Shown: in pieces, positions 1 through 13,266 of the stretch
How the letters are laid out: every line of letters starts with the position of its first letter
Position numbering within the stretch: the stretch's first letter is position 1
Source: Squalus acanthias
Lineage: Eukaryota
Direction: 5' to 3'
DNA: 64,000 bases
NCBI GenBank assembly: GCA_030390025.1
Contig: CM059432.1
Coordinates: 13,890,001 to 13,954,000 of the forward strand
Made by a program: the position numbers and the translations under genes
Notes under the pieces: model-generated
What the model was told of the DNA's origin: nothing
The model's input: only the letters and a program-made list of their open reading frames with translations
Databases searched by the model: none

Positions 1-1911
1 TATGGTCATGGCACTTTAAGAGTTGCTTTCTCTCACTTTGCATCTCTTAATATAGCAATATGCTTCCTCGCTAAACCCTGATGAAGGGTGCGGTGGAGGG
101 GGAAGGGGGGCTGTTTCTGCATTAAATCCTTTCAATTTAGGGCCTTCAGCCATAACCAACAGCTGTTCATGCTGAGCTTGTGACAACTGGTTCCTGAACT
201 GGAATTTCAAAAAGTGCATCTTTGAAAATCCTCTTCGCAACAGAGGACACTGACACTACCATCAGACCAAAGGCATCAGGGTTCTTTTGAGTGCAACTCA
301 AGTCCAATCTAGTGATGGTGGACATTTGTTCCACCTTTGAAGATGTATTATACAGTTGTTCGAGTACAAAAACTGCTGTGAATGTCCACAAGAGCACTCT
401 GGCTTCAGAGGCCATTTTTACCAAAATTAGAGAACTTCAACAGGTTGTCAAGATCTTGGGAACACTGGCAACACCACTGTTCAAAAATACCTCAAGCAGG
501 CCCATTCACCACAAGGGATTAGATCAGTAAATGGCCTTTCAGGTTGGGCAGGAAAGAAATAGTAAATAAAACAGTCCAGGAAGAGTGGCATTGAAATTTC
601 CATCTCCCAATCTTGCTTATTTCTTCTGCCACTAACTACAAATCGCGAAATGGGCTCTCTGGAAATCGAGCCTGCATTCTTTGTATGCTGGCACACTTCT
701 ATACCGAGCAGTGCACCCACCAGCTGAGCTACTGGGGTACCTCTATTCATTTTACCTAAAAAAAATACACTCAGGTGAAATCGAGCAACTATCTTTCTCA
801 TCAGCTAATTAAATCTATTGTTCACCCAAGTGCATTTAAAATGATTTAATAGCAAGTTTGTACGAGTGTTTAACTGCCAGCGGCAACTCCTAGGTCAACT
901 AAGTAAATGAACTGGAGATCCTACCGCTGTATGCGGCGCACAACACCAAAGTGATTTATCTAATGACATGACCTCAGACAGTAAATGTAAATGCAGCCAC
1001 TGAAGGCAAAGGTACCCAAAAAAACTGACGTACTCCTGTGTGTCCAGTACAAGCTGTTGCACTATCATTGGCCTGTATAGACCTTCCCAGGCAGTGGGAA
1101 ATGTAGTAGCTCCACTGACTAATTTCGGTTTCATACATAGCAAACATGTGTATGCAGATTGATCTGGTTGCTGTAGAAACCATTACACCATTTAAATGGT
1201 ACAATTACTAAACTGGAAACTGATGTTGGAGATACAAATGCAAAATTAGACTTTATTTACAGACCAAAACTGATCTACAACAATCACAATCTTATACAGC
1301 TCTCTTTTTCTGAACACAATTTCCAGTTTGCAACTCATAGAATGATACAACACAGTAGGAGGCCATTCGGCCCATTGTGCCTGTGCTGGCTCTTTGAAAG
1401 AGCTATCCAATTAGTCCTACTCCACTGCTCTTTCCTCATAGCCCTGCAAATTTTTCTTTTACAAGTATTTATCCAATTCCCTTTTGAAAGTTATTACTGA
1501 ATCTGCTTCCACAACCCTATCAGGCAGCGCATTCCAGATCATCATAACTCATTGCAGATTTTTTTTCCCCTCATGTCACCTCTGGTTCCTTTGCCAATCA
1601 CCTTAACTTTGCCACTGGAAACAGGTTCTCATTTACTCTATCAAAATCATTCATGATTTTGAACACCTCTATCAAATCTCCTCTTAACCTTCTCTGCTCT
1701 AAAGAGAACAACCCCAGCTTCTCCAGTCTCTCTACATAACTGAAGACCTGCATCCCTGGTACCATTCTAGTAAATCTCCTCTGCGCCCTCTCTAAGGCCT
1801 TGACATCCTTCCAGAGTTGGCCACAATACTCCAGCTGGGGCCTAACCAGTGTTTTATAAAGGTCTAGCATAACCTCTTTGCTTTTGTACTCTATGCCTCT
1901 ATTTATAAAGC

Positions 1912-2109
1912 GGAGATGCCGGTGTTGGACTGGGGTGGACAAAATTGAGAGGTCGCACAACACCAGGTTATAGTCCAACAGTTTTATTTGAAATCACAAG
2001 CTTTCGGAGCTATCACTCCTTCCTCAGGTGAAGGAAGGAGTGATAGCTCCGAAAGCTTGTGATTTCAAATAAAACTGTTGGACTATAACCTGGTGTTGTG
2101 CGACCTCTC
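1912..2109. mobile_element. Penelope-like element remnant (inverted pseudo-LTR hairpin)
   Basis: Perfect 78-bp inverted arms (1947-2024 and 2032-2109) with a 7-nt loop. Duplication ctctatttataaagc at 1897-1911 and 2107-2121. Contains AATAAA and a hammerhead core. Confidence 0.8.
1994..2031 (-). ncRNA. Minimal hammerhead ribozyme motif
   Basis: The minus strand reads tcac-CUGAGGA-a-GGAG(ugauag)CUCC-GAAA-GCUU-guga: conserved core, 4-bp helix II, tcac/gtga helix I, palindromic AAGCUU in place of helix III. Confidence 0.7.
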
Positions 2110-4279
2110 TATTTATAAAGCCAAGGATCCCGTATACCTTTTCAACAGTCTTCTCAACTCGCCCTGCCACCTTCAAAGACTTGTGTACGTATACCCCAGT
2201 TCCCTCTGTTCCTGCACTGCCTTTAAAGTTCTACCATTTCGTTTATATTGCCTCTCCTCATTCTTCCTACCAAAATGAATCACCTCACACTTCTCTGCAT
2301 TACATTTCATCTGCCATGTGTCTGGCCCATTTCATCAGTCTGTCTATGTCCTCCTGAAGTCTGTTACTATCCTCCTCACTGTTTACTGCATTTCCAAATT
2401 TTGTGTCATCTGCAAACTTTGAAATTATGCCCTGTAATCCCAATTCCAGGTCATGGATATATATCAAAAAGAGCAGTGGTCCCAACACCGACCACGAGGG
2501 GACACCACTGCACATTTCCCTCCAATCTGAAAAACAACCTCTCATCAGCCAATTTCGTATCCACGCAGCCACTGCCTCTTTAATCCCATGGGCTTCAATT
2601 TTATGTGGTACTTTATCAAAAGCCTTTTGAAAGTCCATATACACTACATCAACCACACTACCCTCATCAACCCTCTCCGATACTTCAAAGAACTCAAATC
2701 AAATTAGTCAAACACGATTTGCCTTTAACAAATCCATACTGGATTTTGTTTATTAACCCATATTTTTCAAGTGCCAATTAATTTTGTCCTGGATTATTGT
2801 CCATAAAAGTATCCCCACCACTGAGAGGCTGACTGGCCTGTAATTGCCGGGTTTATCCCTCTCCCCTTTTTTGAACAGTGATGTAACATTTGCAATCCTC
2901 CAGTCCTCTGGCACCACTCCTATATCTAAGGAGGATTGGAAGATTGAGGCCAGAGCCTCCGCAATTTCCACCTTTACTTCCCTCAGCAACCTAGGATGCA
3001 TCCCATCAGGACCGGATGACTTTTCTACTTTGAACGTTGCCAACCTCTTAAGTACCTCTATTTTTATTTTATCCAATTTCTCTACTACCTCCTCCTTTGT
3101 TGTGACATTGACAGCATCCTCTTCTTCAGTGAAGACAGATGCAAAGTACTCATTTAGTACATTAGCTATGCCCTCTGCCTCCACAAGATGATCTCCTTTT
3201 TGGTCCCAATCAGCCCCTTCTTCTTCTTTGACTTCCTTTAACTACCGTTTTACTATTTATATGTTTACAAAAGACTTTTGGGTTCCCTTTTATGTTACCC
3301 GGTAACCTATTCTCATACACTGTCTTTGCCCTTCTTATTTCCTTTTCAGTTCTCTATACTTTTTGTATTCGGCTTAGTTCTCTGTTGAATTATGAACCAG
3401 ACATTTATCATCAGCCTCATTTGTCTGTTTCATTTTAATCTCTATATATTTAGTCACGCAGGGAGCTCTAGCTTTGGATGCCCTTCCTTTCTCCCTCGTG
3501 GGAATGTGTCTCGTCTCCTATCTGAACTATCTCCTCTTTGAAGGCCTCCCACTGCTCAATTACTCCAATCCACCTGGGCCAGATCCCTTTTCAACTCAAT
3601 GAAATTAGCTCTCTTCCAGTTGAGTACTTTCACATTTGATTTTTCCTCGTCCTTTTCCACAGCTACTCTAAACATAATGATACTGTGATCACTGTTTCCG
3701 CACCTGACACCATTGTAGGAGCACAATCCCCACAAGAGCTTCCAAAGTTCAAGGAGAAGGTCCACTACCATCTTCTTGCAGTGATTCAGGGTGGTCAATA
3801 AATTAGGCCTTGCCAGCGTCACTCACATCCAGAAATCAAAAGCCTAATTTTTCAGTAAACCCCACACCAATCACATCGAATTTTTTGGGTATTCAAAAAG
3901 AAATTGTATTATATGCTTATGCTGTCCTGTAGACCCATTGGAATCCAATTTTGAAGAGAGACCAGGGCCTTCTGTAAATCCAAAACAGTTTCCAACAGGC
4001 CTTCAGGAGAATGGAGTGAAAGGAAATATGAAAGGAAATATAAAAGGAGTGCGCAGAGGCCAATTCAGCATTGGCTCTCCCTAAACTAAGATTAAATGAA
4101 AAGCACCTCTAGTGACAACACTAATTGACTGCCAATGATTACAGCAGTTTTTTTTTTTTTAAGATCACTGGAAAATTCTAGAACCAAAAAATTACATATT
4201 CTTAGTTCATTGAATAATTTGTAGTAGAATTACAAGAACAGTTAATTATTCACAAACTGAAGCAAAAATATCTCATTTA

Positions 4280-4745
4280 AAAGAAAGATTTGCATTTATA
4301 TAGCACCTTTCACGACCACCGGATGTCTCAAAGTGCTTTACAGCCAATGAAGTACAGTCACTGTTGTAATGTAAGAAACGTGGTAGCCAATTTGCGCACA
4401 GCAAGGTTCCACAAACAGCAATGTCCCACAAACAGCAATGTCCCACAAACAGCAATGTCCCACAAACAGCAATGTGATAATGACTAAATAATCTTTTTTT
4501 ATTTAAATGATGTTGATTGAGGGATAAATATTGGCCAGGACACTGGGATAGCTCCTGCTCTTCTTTGATATAGTGCCATGGGATCTTTTACACCCACCCG
4601 AAAGAGCAGATGGGGCCTCGGTTTAACATCTCATTCGAAAGACGGCACAGTGGAGCACTCCCCTACCTAGAGTGTCAGCCTAGATTTTTGTGCTCAAGTC
4701 TCTGGAGTGGGACTTGAACCCCAACTGAGCCACAGCTGACACTCT
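4280..4745 (-). mobile_element. tRNA-headed Deu-domain SINE (SacSINE1/AmnSINE1-related) with an internal 17-bp tandem expansion
   Basis: The reverse complement contains aaagatcccatggcacta...gtcctggccaatatttatccctcaa...cacattgctgtttgtgg. About 4 copies of ccacaaacagcaatgtc at roughly 4409-4475. Confidence 0.8.
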
Positions 4746-5059
4746 AGGTCCTTGCAGTAAAAAGACAATTGACTACAACAACTAGCATCTACTGTATATA
4801 AGCACCTTATATATCCCAAGGCATTGCAACGGAGACATAATCAGACAAAAATGGATACTGAGCCAAAGGAGGAGTTATTAGGAGGAGGGAGGGGGATCTG
4901 GGCTGAAGGTCATCAAAAGAGGTGGAGATACCTGCTTAGTGTCAACACATTAATATTCATTTGAAATTCTTAAAACTACATTAAATCAAATAGAATTGGG
5001 GATATTGAGCTGTTAGGGTTCAGTTCCGTTCCTGTGGTTACTAAACAGATCGCGTAGTC

Positions 5060-5385
5060 TTTCTGATGAGATGTTAAACCGATGCCACGTCTGCTCTCTC
5101 TCTCAGGTGGATGCAAAAGATCCCATGGCACTATTTCAAAGACGAGCAGGGGAGTTATCCCCAGTGTCCTGGCCAATATTTATCTCTCAATCAACATCAC
5201 TTAAGCAGATTATCTGGCCATTATCACATTGCTGTTTGTGGGAGCTTGCTGTGCGCAAATTGGCAACCGCATTTCCTACATTACAAGTGACTACACTTCA
5301 AAAAAAAAAGTACTTAATTGGCTGTAAAGCACTTTGGGAACGTCCAGTGGTCGTGCAAGGCGCTATAGAAATGCAAGTTCTTTCT
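5060..5385 (+). mobile_element. Deu-domain SINE, 5'-truncated
   Basis: gatcccatggcactatttc...cacattgctgtttgtgggagcttgctgtgcgcaaattggc...ggcgctatagaaatgcaag. Confidence 0.85.
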
Positions 5386-5499
5386 TTTAGACCCCTATTG
5401 AATAGAGAGACAATTCAAAACTGAAACAGTTATAAATAAATAGGGGGTTTTACTGGTGCAGCCCCGATGGGTGAATGATTTTAAATAAAGGCTGAAGTT

Positions 5500-5860
5500 G
5501 CAGTGCTCTGGGAAGGGGAGGACGCGGTCTCCCTGCGAAGGTCGAGCCGCCGCCATCATCATGATAACTCTCAGCCCGGCCTGGACAAGGACACCGAGGG
5601 CCCAGAACAAGCGGCTTTTACTCATCCTTTTCAAACAGGTTCCTCCCCGCCTCCCAAACAATCCCGTTCGGATTGAAGACCCCGGGAATGATTTTAACAG
5701 TCAGTTCTCACCGAGTGCGAGGCTGCTGAGCGGAAGAGGCCTGACAGCAACATGGCGGCGCCCGGGCAACCCTGAGGATTGACGCAATCGCCCAACTACT
5801 GCCTCCGCCTAGCGACGCAGCACCTCCAATCGAACGCAGAACGCCCTATGCAGCCACTCC
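5500..5860 (-). promoter_or_regulatory. CpG-island promoter and probable first exon of a divergent gene
   Basis: High CpG density. The minus strand reads gccgccATGTT (Kozak/YY1-like) at 5753, then 14 codons (MLLSGLFRSAASHS), then TCG|gtgaga donor at 5712/5711. ETS-like cggaag at 5731. Confidence 0.5.
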
Positions 5861-5918
5861 AGACATTCAATGTGTGGCTGCATCTGATGTACATGTATGT
5901 CAACATGCAATTTTATAT

Positions 5919-6263
5919 TAGGGCGACCATATCTTCTAAACCAAATCAGGGCAAACTTTGAGATTTATTATTTTAAATCTAAAAAGTTGTGTGGTATTGT
6001 TTAAGGGTATTTGTACTGTAAACATTATTGATTATTTGTAAAATTAATCATTGCATTTATATAAGGCTGTTTTTAAGGCTTTATTTTTTACTGTGATGGA
6101 TGAATGTAATGGATTTACTATGTAATGGATTTACTATGTAATTGATGAGTTGTATAAGTATTATTGTATTTGAATAAAAAGATTTCTCCAAAAAAAAAAT
6201 CAGGGCACACACAGGGTGGGAGCACAGCAAAATAGCCAGGCTGGAAAATGTAGGTTGTGCAGT

Positions 6264-6302
<39 letters not shown>

Positions 6303-6303
6303 G

Positions 6304-6341
<38 letters not shown>

Positions 6342-6598
6342 AACCGCGGATGTGAGGTCACACTTGAAGTGCATTCAGACACAGTTTATAAATAATACAA
6401 TAACACTGTCAGTCCATTGACCTGAAACTGTGATTCTGTCAAACGGTATGATGTCCATATATTCCAATTGCTATGGCTCTAGTCTATTCAGGGACGAGTT
6501 TCATGAACCGGGGACTCTTCTGGTGACATTATTTGCCCGGGGAAACAGTACCTCATCCGGGGACTGTCCCTGGGAAATGGGGTCGTATGGTCACCCTA
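5919..6598. mobile_element. Non-autonomous hAT DNA transposon (Blackjack-like TIRs)
   Basis: TIRs TAGGGCGACCATA / TATGGTCACCCTA. Perfect 8-bp TSD ttttatat at 5911-5918 and 6599-6606. Confidence 0.88.
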
Positions 6599-6666
6599 TT
6601 TTATATACTGTATATTTATATACATATATTACATACAGGTAGCTTATATATTGCTTTGTGTCCTGA

Positions 6667-6875
6667 ACAATATTTATCCCTCACCAACATCACTAAAACA
6701 GATTATCTGGTCATTTATCACATTGCTGTTTGTGGGAGCTTGCTGTGTGCAAATTGGCTGCCACGTTTCCTACATTACAACAGTGACTACACTTCAAAAA
6801 GTACTTAATTGGCAGTAAGGCGCTTTGGGATGTCCAGTGGTTGTGAAAGGCGCTATATAAATGCAAGTCTTTCTT
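6667..6875 (+). mobile_element. Deu-SINE 3' half
   Basis: Same Deu-domain and tail sequence as 5060-5385. Confidence 0.8.
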
Positions 6876-6999
6876 TGTATGTTGGTATAGCGATATCACA
6901 CATTTATATGTTGTCCCTTCTCTCTCTCTATGTGTGTGCACACATATATATATATGTGTGTATATTTGCATGTGTGTATGTATATATAGTGAGAGAGAG

Positions 7000-7750
7000 C
7001 TACTAGAGCAAGTCAGAGGCTGGGTATTCTGCTGCAAGTGACTCACCTCCTGATTCTCCAACGCCTCTCCACCACCTGCAAAACAAGCATGGTGAGAATG
7101 TGGAACTCATATGGAGTGGTTGAGGCAAATAGCATAGCTGCATTTAAGGGGAAGCTAGATACGTACAAAAGGGAGAAAAAAATAAAATGATATGTTGATA
7201 GGGTGAGATTAAATAAGGTGGGAGGAGGCTCGTGTGGAGCATAAACACCAGCATAGACCTGTTGGGCTGAATGGCCTGTTTTCTGTGCTGTAAAATCCTA
7301 TGTAAGGCACAAGTCAGGAGTGTGATGGAATATTCTCCACTTGCCTGGATGTGTGTAGCTGCACTCAAGAAGCTCAACACCATCCAGGGCAAAGCAGTAA
7401 GCTAGATCAACACCCCAGCCACCAGCTTCAACATCCACTCAATCCACCACCGGCAGACCGTGGCTGCGATCTACTGGATGCACTGCCAAATCACCAAGGC
7501 TTCTTTGGCAGCACCTCCCAACCTGTGACTGCCACCATCTAGAAGGACATTGGCAGCAGGTGCATGGGAATACTATGACCTGCAAGTTCCCCTCCAAATC
7601 CCACACCATCCGACTTGGACCTATATCGCTGGGGCAAGATCCTGAAATTCCCTAGCAGTATTGTGGGAGCACTGCAGCGGTTGAAGAAGAAAGCCCACCA
7701 CCATCTTCTCAAGGGCACCTAGGGGTGGTAATAAATAAGGATATGGCCTT
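7000..7750 (+). mobile_element. Old 3' fragment of LINE family 2 with an inserted CR1 tail (about 7085-7300)
   Basis: aaggcacaagtcaggagtgtgatggaatattctccac...caccatcttctcaagggc matches the larger family-2 copies. Confidence 0.7.
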
Positions 7751-8204
7751 GTCATAACTTAAGCTGCACTAACATTATAGAGTTTGCAGCAGAGATAAAT
7801 TTAGAGATTACTGAAGGAGGATGTGAGTACTGATGACATGAGATTTCTTTTCTAGACGGTGATCTGTGGGCATAACACCCCATTTGAAATTTTTTTACAT
7901 CTAATTTGGTGAATTTTCTGACATTTCTGAACCTATTATAGTTCTGAGTGTGACTCTCAGTGTTGTTTTTTAAATAAACAACTTGCATTTGTATAGTGCC
8001 TTTAATGTAGTAAAACATCCCAAGGCGCTTCACAGGGGCATTAGATTATGTAACACTCATCAGCACTCCAAACCTACTCCCTATAGTCCCAGTTTGTTAG
8101 TTACCTGAGTGGACTCCCTGACCCTAGTACTAAGGAGACTGGTCGCGCCTGCGCCATGCAGCCGGCTTGTACTCCCAGCGGCGAGAAGACACGGTCGGTG
8201 TCTC

Positions 8205-8655
8205 TGAGCGAGATTGAGTAGATTGGGCCTGTACTCTCTGAAGTTTAGAAGAATGAGAGGTGATCTCATTGAAACATATAAGATTCTGAGGGGGATTGAC
8301 AGGGTAGATGCTGAGAGGTTGTTTTCCCCTGGCTGGAGAGTCTAGAACTAGGGGCCATAGTCTCAGGATAAGGGGTCGGCCATTTAAGACTGAGATGAGG
8401 AGGAATTTCTTCACTCAGAGGGTTGTGAATCTTTGGAATTCTCTGCCCCAAAGGGCTGCGGATGCTTGCTGAGTCATTGAGTATACTCAAGGCTGAGATC
8501 GATAGATTTTTGGACTCTTGGGGAATCAAGGGATATGGAGATCGGGCAGGAAAGTGGAGTTGAGGTCGATGATCAGCCATGATCTTATTGAATGGCGGAG
8601 CAAGCTCGAGAGGCCGTATGGCCTACTCCTGCTCCTAATTCTTATGTTCTTATGT
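8205..8655 (+). mobile_element. CR1 3' fragment
   Basis: Encodes FRRMRGDLIETYKIL-like sequence and ends in the cctactcctgctcctaattcttatgttcttatgt tail. Confidence 0.9.
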
Positions 8656-8659
8656 ACAG

Positions 8660-10738
8660 TGTGGCATAAGAATAAAACAAAAAGGGTGGCTCAACCGTGG
8701 CTAACAAGGGAAATTAGGGATAGCATAAGATCCAAGGAGAGGGCATATAAATTGGCCAGAAAAAGCGGTAGCCCTGAGGATTGGGAGCAGTTTAGGATTC
8801 AACAAAGGAGGACAAAGGGATTAATTAAGAAGGGGAAAATAGAATATGAAAGTAAGCTTGCTGGGAACATAAAAACTGACTGTAAGAGCTTTTATAGATA
8901 TGTGAAGAGGAAAAGATTAGTGAAATCAAGTGTAGGTCCCTTGCAGTCAGAAGCGGGGGAAGTTATAATGGGGAACAAAGAAATGGCAGCCCAATTAAAT
9001 GCATATTTTGGTTCTGTCTTCACAAAGGAGGACACAAATAAGCTCCCAGAGATGTTGGAGAACATACGGTCTGATGAAAGGGATGAACTGAAAGAAATCA
9101 GTATTTGCAGGGAAATGGTGTTAGGGAAATTGATGGTATTGAAGGCCGATAAATCCCCAGGGCCTGATAATCTACATCCTAGGGTACTTAAGGAAGTGGC
9201 CCTAGAAATAGTAGATGCATTGCTGATCATCTTCCAACATTCGATGGAATCTGGAACTGTACCCATGGATTGGAGAGTAGCTAATGTTACCCCACTATTC
9301 AAAAAGGGTGGTAGAGAGAAAGCGGGGAATTAAGACCGGTAAGCCTGACATCGGTAGTGGGGAAAATGCTAGAGTCCATTATAAAGGATGTAATAGCTGA
9401 GCATTTGAAAAACAGTGACAGGATCGGACAAAGTCAACATGGATTTACAAAAGGTAAATCGTGCTTGACTAATCTACTGGAATTTTTTGAGGATGTAACT
9501 GGGAAAATAGATAAGGGAGAACCAGTAGATGTGGTGTATTTGGACTTTCAAAAGGCTTTCGATAAGGTCCCGCATAAGAGATTAGCGGGCAAAGTTAAGG
9601 CACATGGGATTGGGGGCAAGATATTGACTTGGATAGAGAACTGGTTGGCGGACAGAAAGCAGAGAGTAGGAATTAATGGGTCTTTTTCCGAGTGGCAGGC
9701 AGTGACTAGTGGGGTACCGCAGGGATCGGTCCTTGGACCCCAGCTATTCACAATATACATTAATGATCTAGATAAGGGAATTAAATGTAATATCTCCAAG
9801 TTTGCAGATGACACAAAGCTGGGTGGGAGTGTGTGCTGCGAGGAGGATACCGAGAAACTCCAGGATGATTTGGACAGGTTGGGTGAGTGGGCAGAAGCGT
9901 GGCAGATGCAATATAACGTGGATAAGTGCGAGATTATCCACTTTGGTGTCAAAAACAGAAAGGCAGACTATTATCTGAATGGCAATAGATTGGGAGAAGG
10001 GGAAGTGCAACGAGACCTGGGTGTCCTTGTGCACCAGTCGCTGAAAGTAAGCATGCAGGTGCAGCAGGCGGTGAAGAAGGCAAATGGTATGTTGGCCTTC
10101 ATAGCGAAAGGGTTTGAGTATAGGAACAGGGATGTCCTGCTGCAGTTGTACAGGGCCTTGGTGAGACCACACCTTGAGTACTGTGTGCAGTTTTGGTCGC
10201 CTTATCTGAGGAAGGATGTTCTTGCCATGGAAGGAGTTCAGCGAAGATTCACAAGGCTGATACCTGGGATGGCAGGAATGACATATGAGGAGAGATTGGG
10301 TCGATTGGCCTTATACTCACTGGAGTATAGAAGAATGAGAGGGGATCTCATCGAAACATATAAAATTTTGACAGGTCTGGACAAACTAGATGCAGGAAGA
10401 ATGTTCCCGATGGTCGGAGAGTCCAGAACCAGGGGTCATAATCTACGGATAACGGGTAAACCATTTAGGACAGAAATGAGGAAGAATTTCTTCACCCAGA
10501 GAGTGGTGAACCTGTGGAATTCTCTACCACAGAAGGTAGTTGAGGCGAAGTCATTAAATATATTCAAGGTTGAGTTAGATATATTTCTTAAAGCTAAAGG
10601 TATCAAGGGATATGGGGAGAAAGCAGGGACAGGGTACTGAGTTTAGATGATCAGCCATGATCTCATCGAATGGCGGAGCAGGCTCGAGGGGCCGAATGGC
10701 CTACTCCTGCTCCTATCTTGTATGTTTCTATGTATGTA
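8660..10738 (+). mobile_element. 5'-truncated CR1 LINE, ORF2/RT nearly intact (one frameshift near 9330)
   Basis: ORFs ending at 9333 and 9357-10640 with [32 protein letters not shown] and KFADDTK motifs. Typical 3' tail. Confidence 0.95.
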
Positions 10739-10893
10739 GGTGACCATGGTGTCTCCTTCACAGCTCACAATTCATGCTTCACTTGACCTGTGAAAATGAT
10801 AGTTAATGAAGACAGCATAGGGGGTGACCATGGCAACAATGAATGGTACTCCTCAAGTGTGGATTCTGACGGTGCTGAAACATTTCAATGGAT

Positions 10894-10926
<33 letters not shown>
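10894..10926 (+). repeat. Poly-G tract
   Basis: More than 30 consecutive G residues. Confidence 0.9.
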
Positions 10927-10927
<1 letters not shown>

Positions 10928-11451
10928 AACATTCTGGGTGCCCAGGATCCCAAGAATTCTTAATGCTGCTCTGCTTAAAGAAGTACTTGCGACCTTAGAG
11001 AATAAAGTGCAGGAACTTAACAAGGGCAGACAGAAAGAACAAGATTTTTGAGGGTGAGTGGGTAATATTACATTCAGTAAGTGAATCATCTCAGGAGACA
11101 TAGCCAGGTTAGCATCAGCTCTCAAGCGTGAACCTTTAGGGATTGTTATTCAGTAAGACATTTCCTTTTACTAGTTATGTTCCTGAGCATAGGCAAAACC
11201 CCTTTTTAACCTGATAGGTGGATAATTTTACTAATGCTAAGGGCTAAGTGCAAAAACTGCCACTAAATTTGTGTACCACACCTTTAAAGTACTCAAATTT
11301 CAGGTGCAACGAAGCTAACTCCTCATGTCTAAATGCACAGGAGGTTTCTAAGGCAGATTTAAATATATTTGAACAGTATTTGACACCTACATTTCCGTAA
11401 TCAATATATGCACAATTAGATTGCTCCCTATTGCACTATTATTGTACTAAG

Positions 11452-11865
11452 TGTCAGCTTGTCTCAGTGGTAGTATTCTGCCCTCTGAGCCATAGGTTGT
11501 AGGTTAAAGACCCATGTCAGGATTTAAGTGCATAAACTAGATCGGCGCTTCATGCAGTTCTGAGGGAGTGCTGCATTGTCTAAGGTGCTGTTTTTCCACA
11601 TGAAATGTTGTTGTGAGGCTCGGTTGCCCATTCAGTCGGATGTAAAAGCACACTTTAAAAGAAGAGCCGAGCATTCTCCTTGTGTTCCTGGTCCACATTC
11701 ATCTTTTAATCAACACCCAAAAAAAAGAACAGATTAACTCGTCATTCATCACACTACTGTTTGTGGGATCTTACTGTGTACTGTTTGGCTGCCAGGACAC
11801 TTCAAGAGTAGTTTGGGACGTCATAAGGCCATGAAAGGTGCTGTATAAATGCTGGTTCTTTCATT
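11452..11865 (+). mobile_element. Diverged full-length Deu-SINE
   Basis: Head gtcagcttgtctcagtggtag plus a degenerate Deu domain and tail. Confidence 0.65.
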
Positions 11866-11961
11866 CTTAACTCTTCCCAGCAGCTCAGTTGCTGAAACTA
11901 GTGAGCAGAAGCAATGAACTTCTGTGAAATTGTGCAGTACAATATTAGTAACAAATGCAGT

Positions 11962-13235
11962 ACAACAACAAGAACAACTTGTATTTATATAGCGCCTTTA
12001 ACATAGTAAAATGTCCCAAGGTGTTTCACAGGAGAATTATAAGACAAAACATTTGACACTGAGCCACATAAGGAAAATTAGGGCAGATGACCAAAAGTTT
12101 GGTCAAAGAGGTCGGTTTTAAAGGAGCGTCTTAAAGGAGGAAAGAGAGGTAGCGAGGCGGAGAGGTTTAGGCAGGGAATTCCAGAGCTTAGGGCCTAGGC
12201 AACAGAAGGCACGGCCTACCAAAGATTGAGCGATTTATAATCAGGGATGCTCAAGAGGGCAGAATTAGAGGAGTGCAGATATCTCGGGGGGGTTGTGGGG
12301 CTGAAGGAGATTACAGAGATAGGGAGGGGCGAGGCCATGGAGAGATTTGAAAACAAGGATGAGAATTTTGAAATCGAGGTGTTGCTTAACCGGGAGCCAA
12401 TGTAGGTCAGCGAGCATAGGGGCGATGGGTGAACGGGACTTGGTGCGAGTTAGGACACGGGCAGCCGAGTTTTGGATGATCTCAAGTTTACGTAGGGTAG
12501 AACGTGGGAGGCCAGCAGGAGTGCGTTGGAATAGTCAAGTTTAACAAAAGTAACAAAGGCATGGATGAGAGTTTCAGCAACAGATGAGCTGAGGCAGGAG
12601 CGGAGACGGGCGAAGTTACGGAGGTGGAAATAGGCGGTCTTAGTTATGGCGTGGATATGTGGTCAGAAGCTCATTTAAGGGTAAAATATGACACCAAGGT
12701 TGTGAACAGTCTGGTTCAGCCTCAGACAGATGCTAGGGAGGAGGAATGGAGTCGGTGGCTAGGGAATGGAGTTTGTGGTGGGGACCAAAGACAGTGGGCT
12801 GGATTTTGAATGACCCATGGAGTCGGGTTTGGAGGCGTGTGGGGGGTTAAATTTGCGGGGTCGGGGGTCCCGACCCCATCCCGACTCCATCCCGCCTCCA
12901 CGCAATTTTGACAAAATCAGTCGCGGGGTTCCCGACTCCGTCCCGCCTCCAAGAGGCGGGAGAGGCCATTAAAGCCCTTAACAAGCCATTTTGAAACGTT
13001 TTAGCTAGTTTAACCCTTTTCTGACGTGAAGTACGCCTGGTGTGAAACACTCCAGTGAAACCTGGCGGGAGCACAAGTGGATAGCTGACTATCAGCTGCA
13101 GGTCCACTATTACAACGGAGATGTGATGAAGGTAGTAGTAGTATTAGGTCTGAAAGTCGCCTCTGATGCTACTGCATTGAATGTGTTCAGATACTGCCTG
13201 ACCTTTGCTGTGAGAGGCCTTGGATGCAAAAAAAT

Positions 13236-13266
<31 letters not shown>

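Larger units (their letters stand above)
1335..3700 (-). mobile_element. Decayed CR1-type LINE (RT region and 3' end), interrupted by a Penelope-like insertion
   Basis: Minus-strand ORF fragments 2753-3184, 2300-2656 (DFQKAFDKVPH, KFADDTK) and 1598-1978 (LVRPQLEYC). Confidence 0.92.

Noticed and set aside
76..90. cctgatgaaggg, resembling a hammerhead core start
   Set aside because: No closing helix II or GAAA follows.
16..801. ORFs 16-240, 167-424, 291-530 and 481-801 as exons of the divergent gene
   Set aside because: No recognisable domain, and no consistent splice-bounded open frame could be established.
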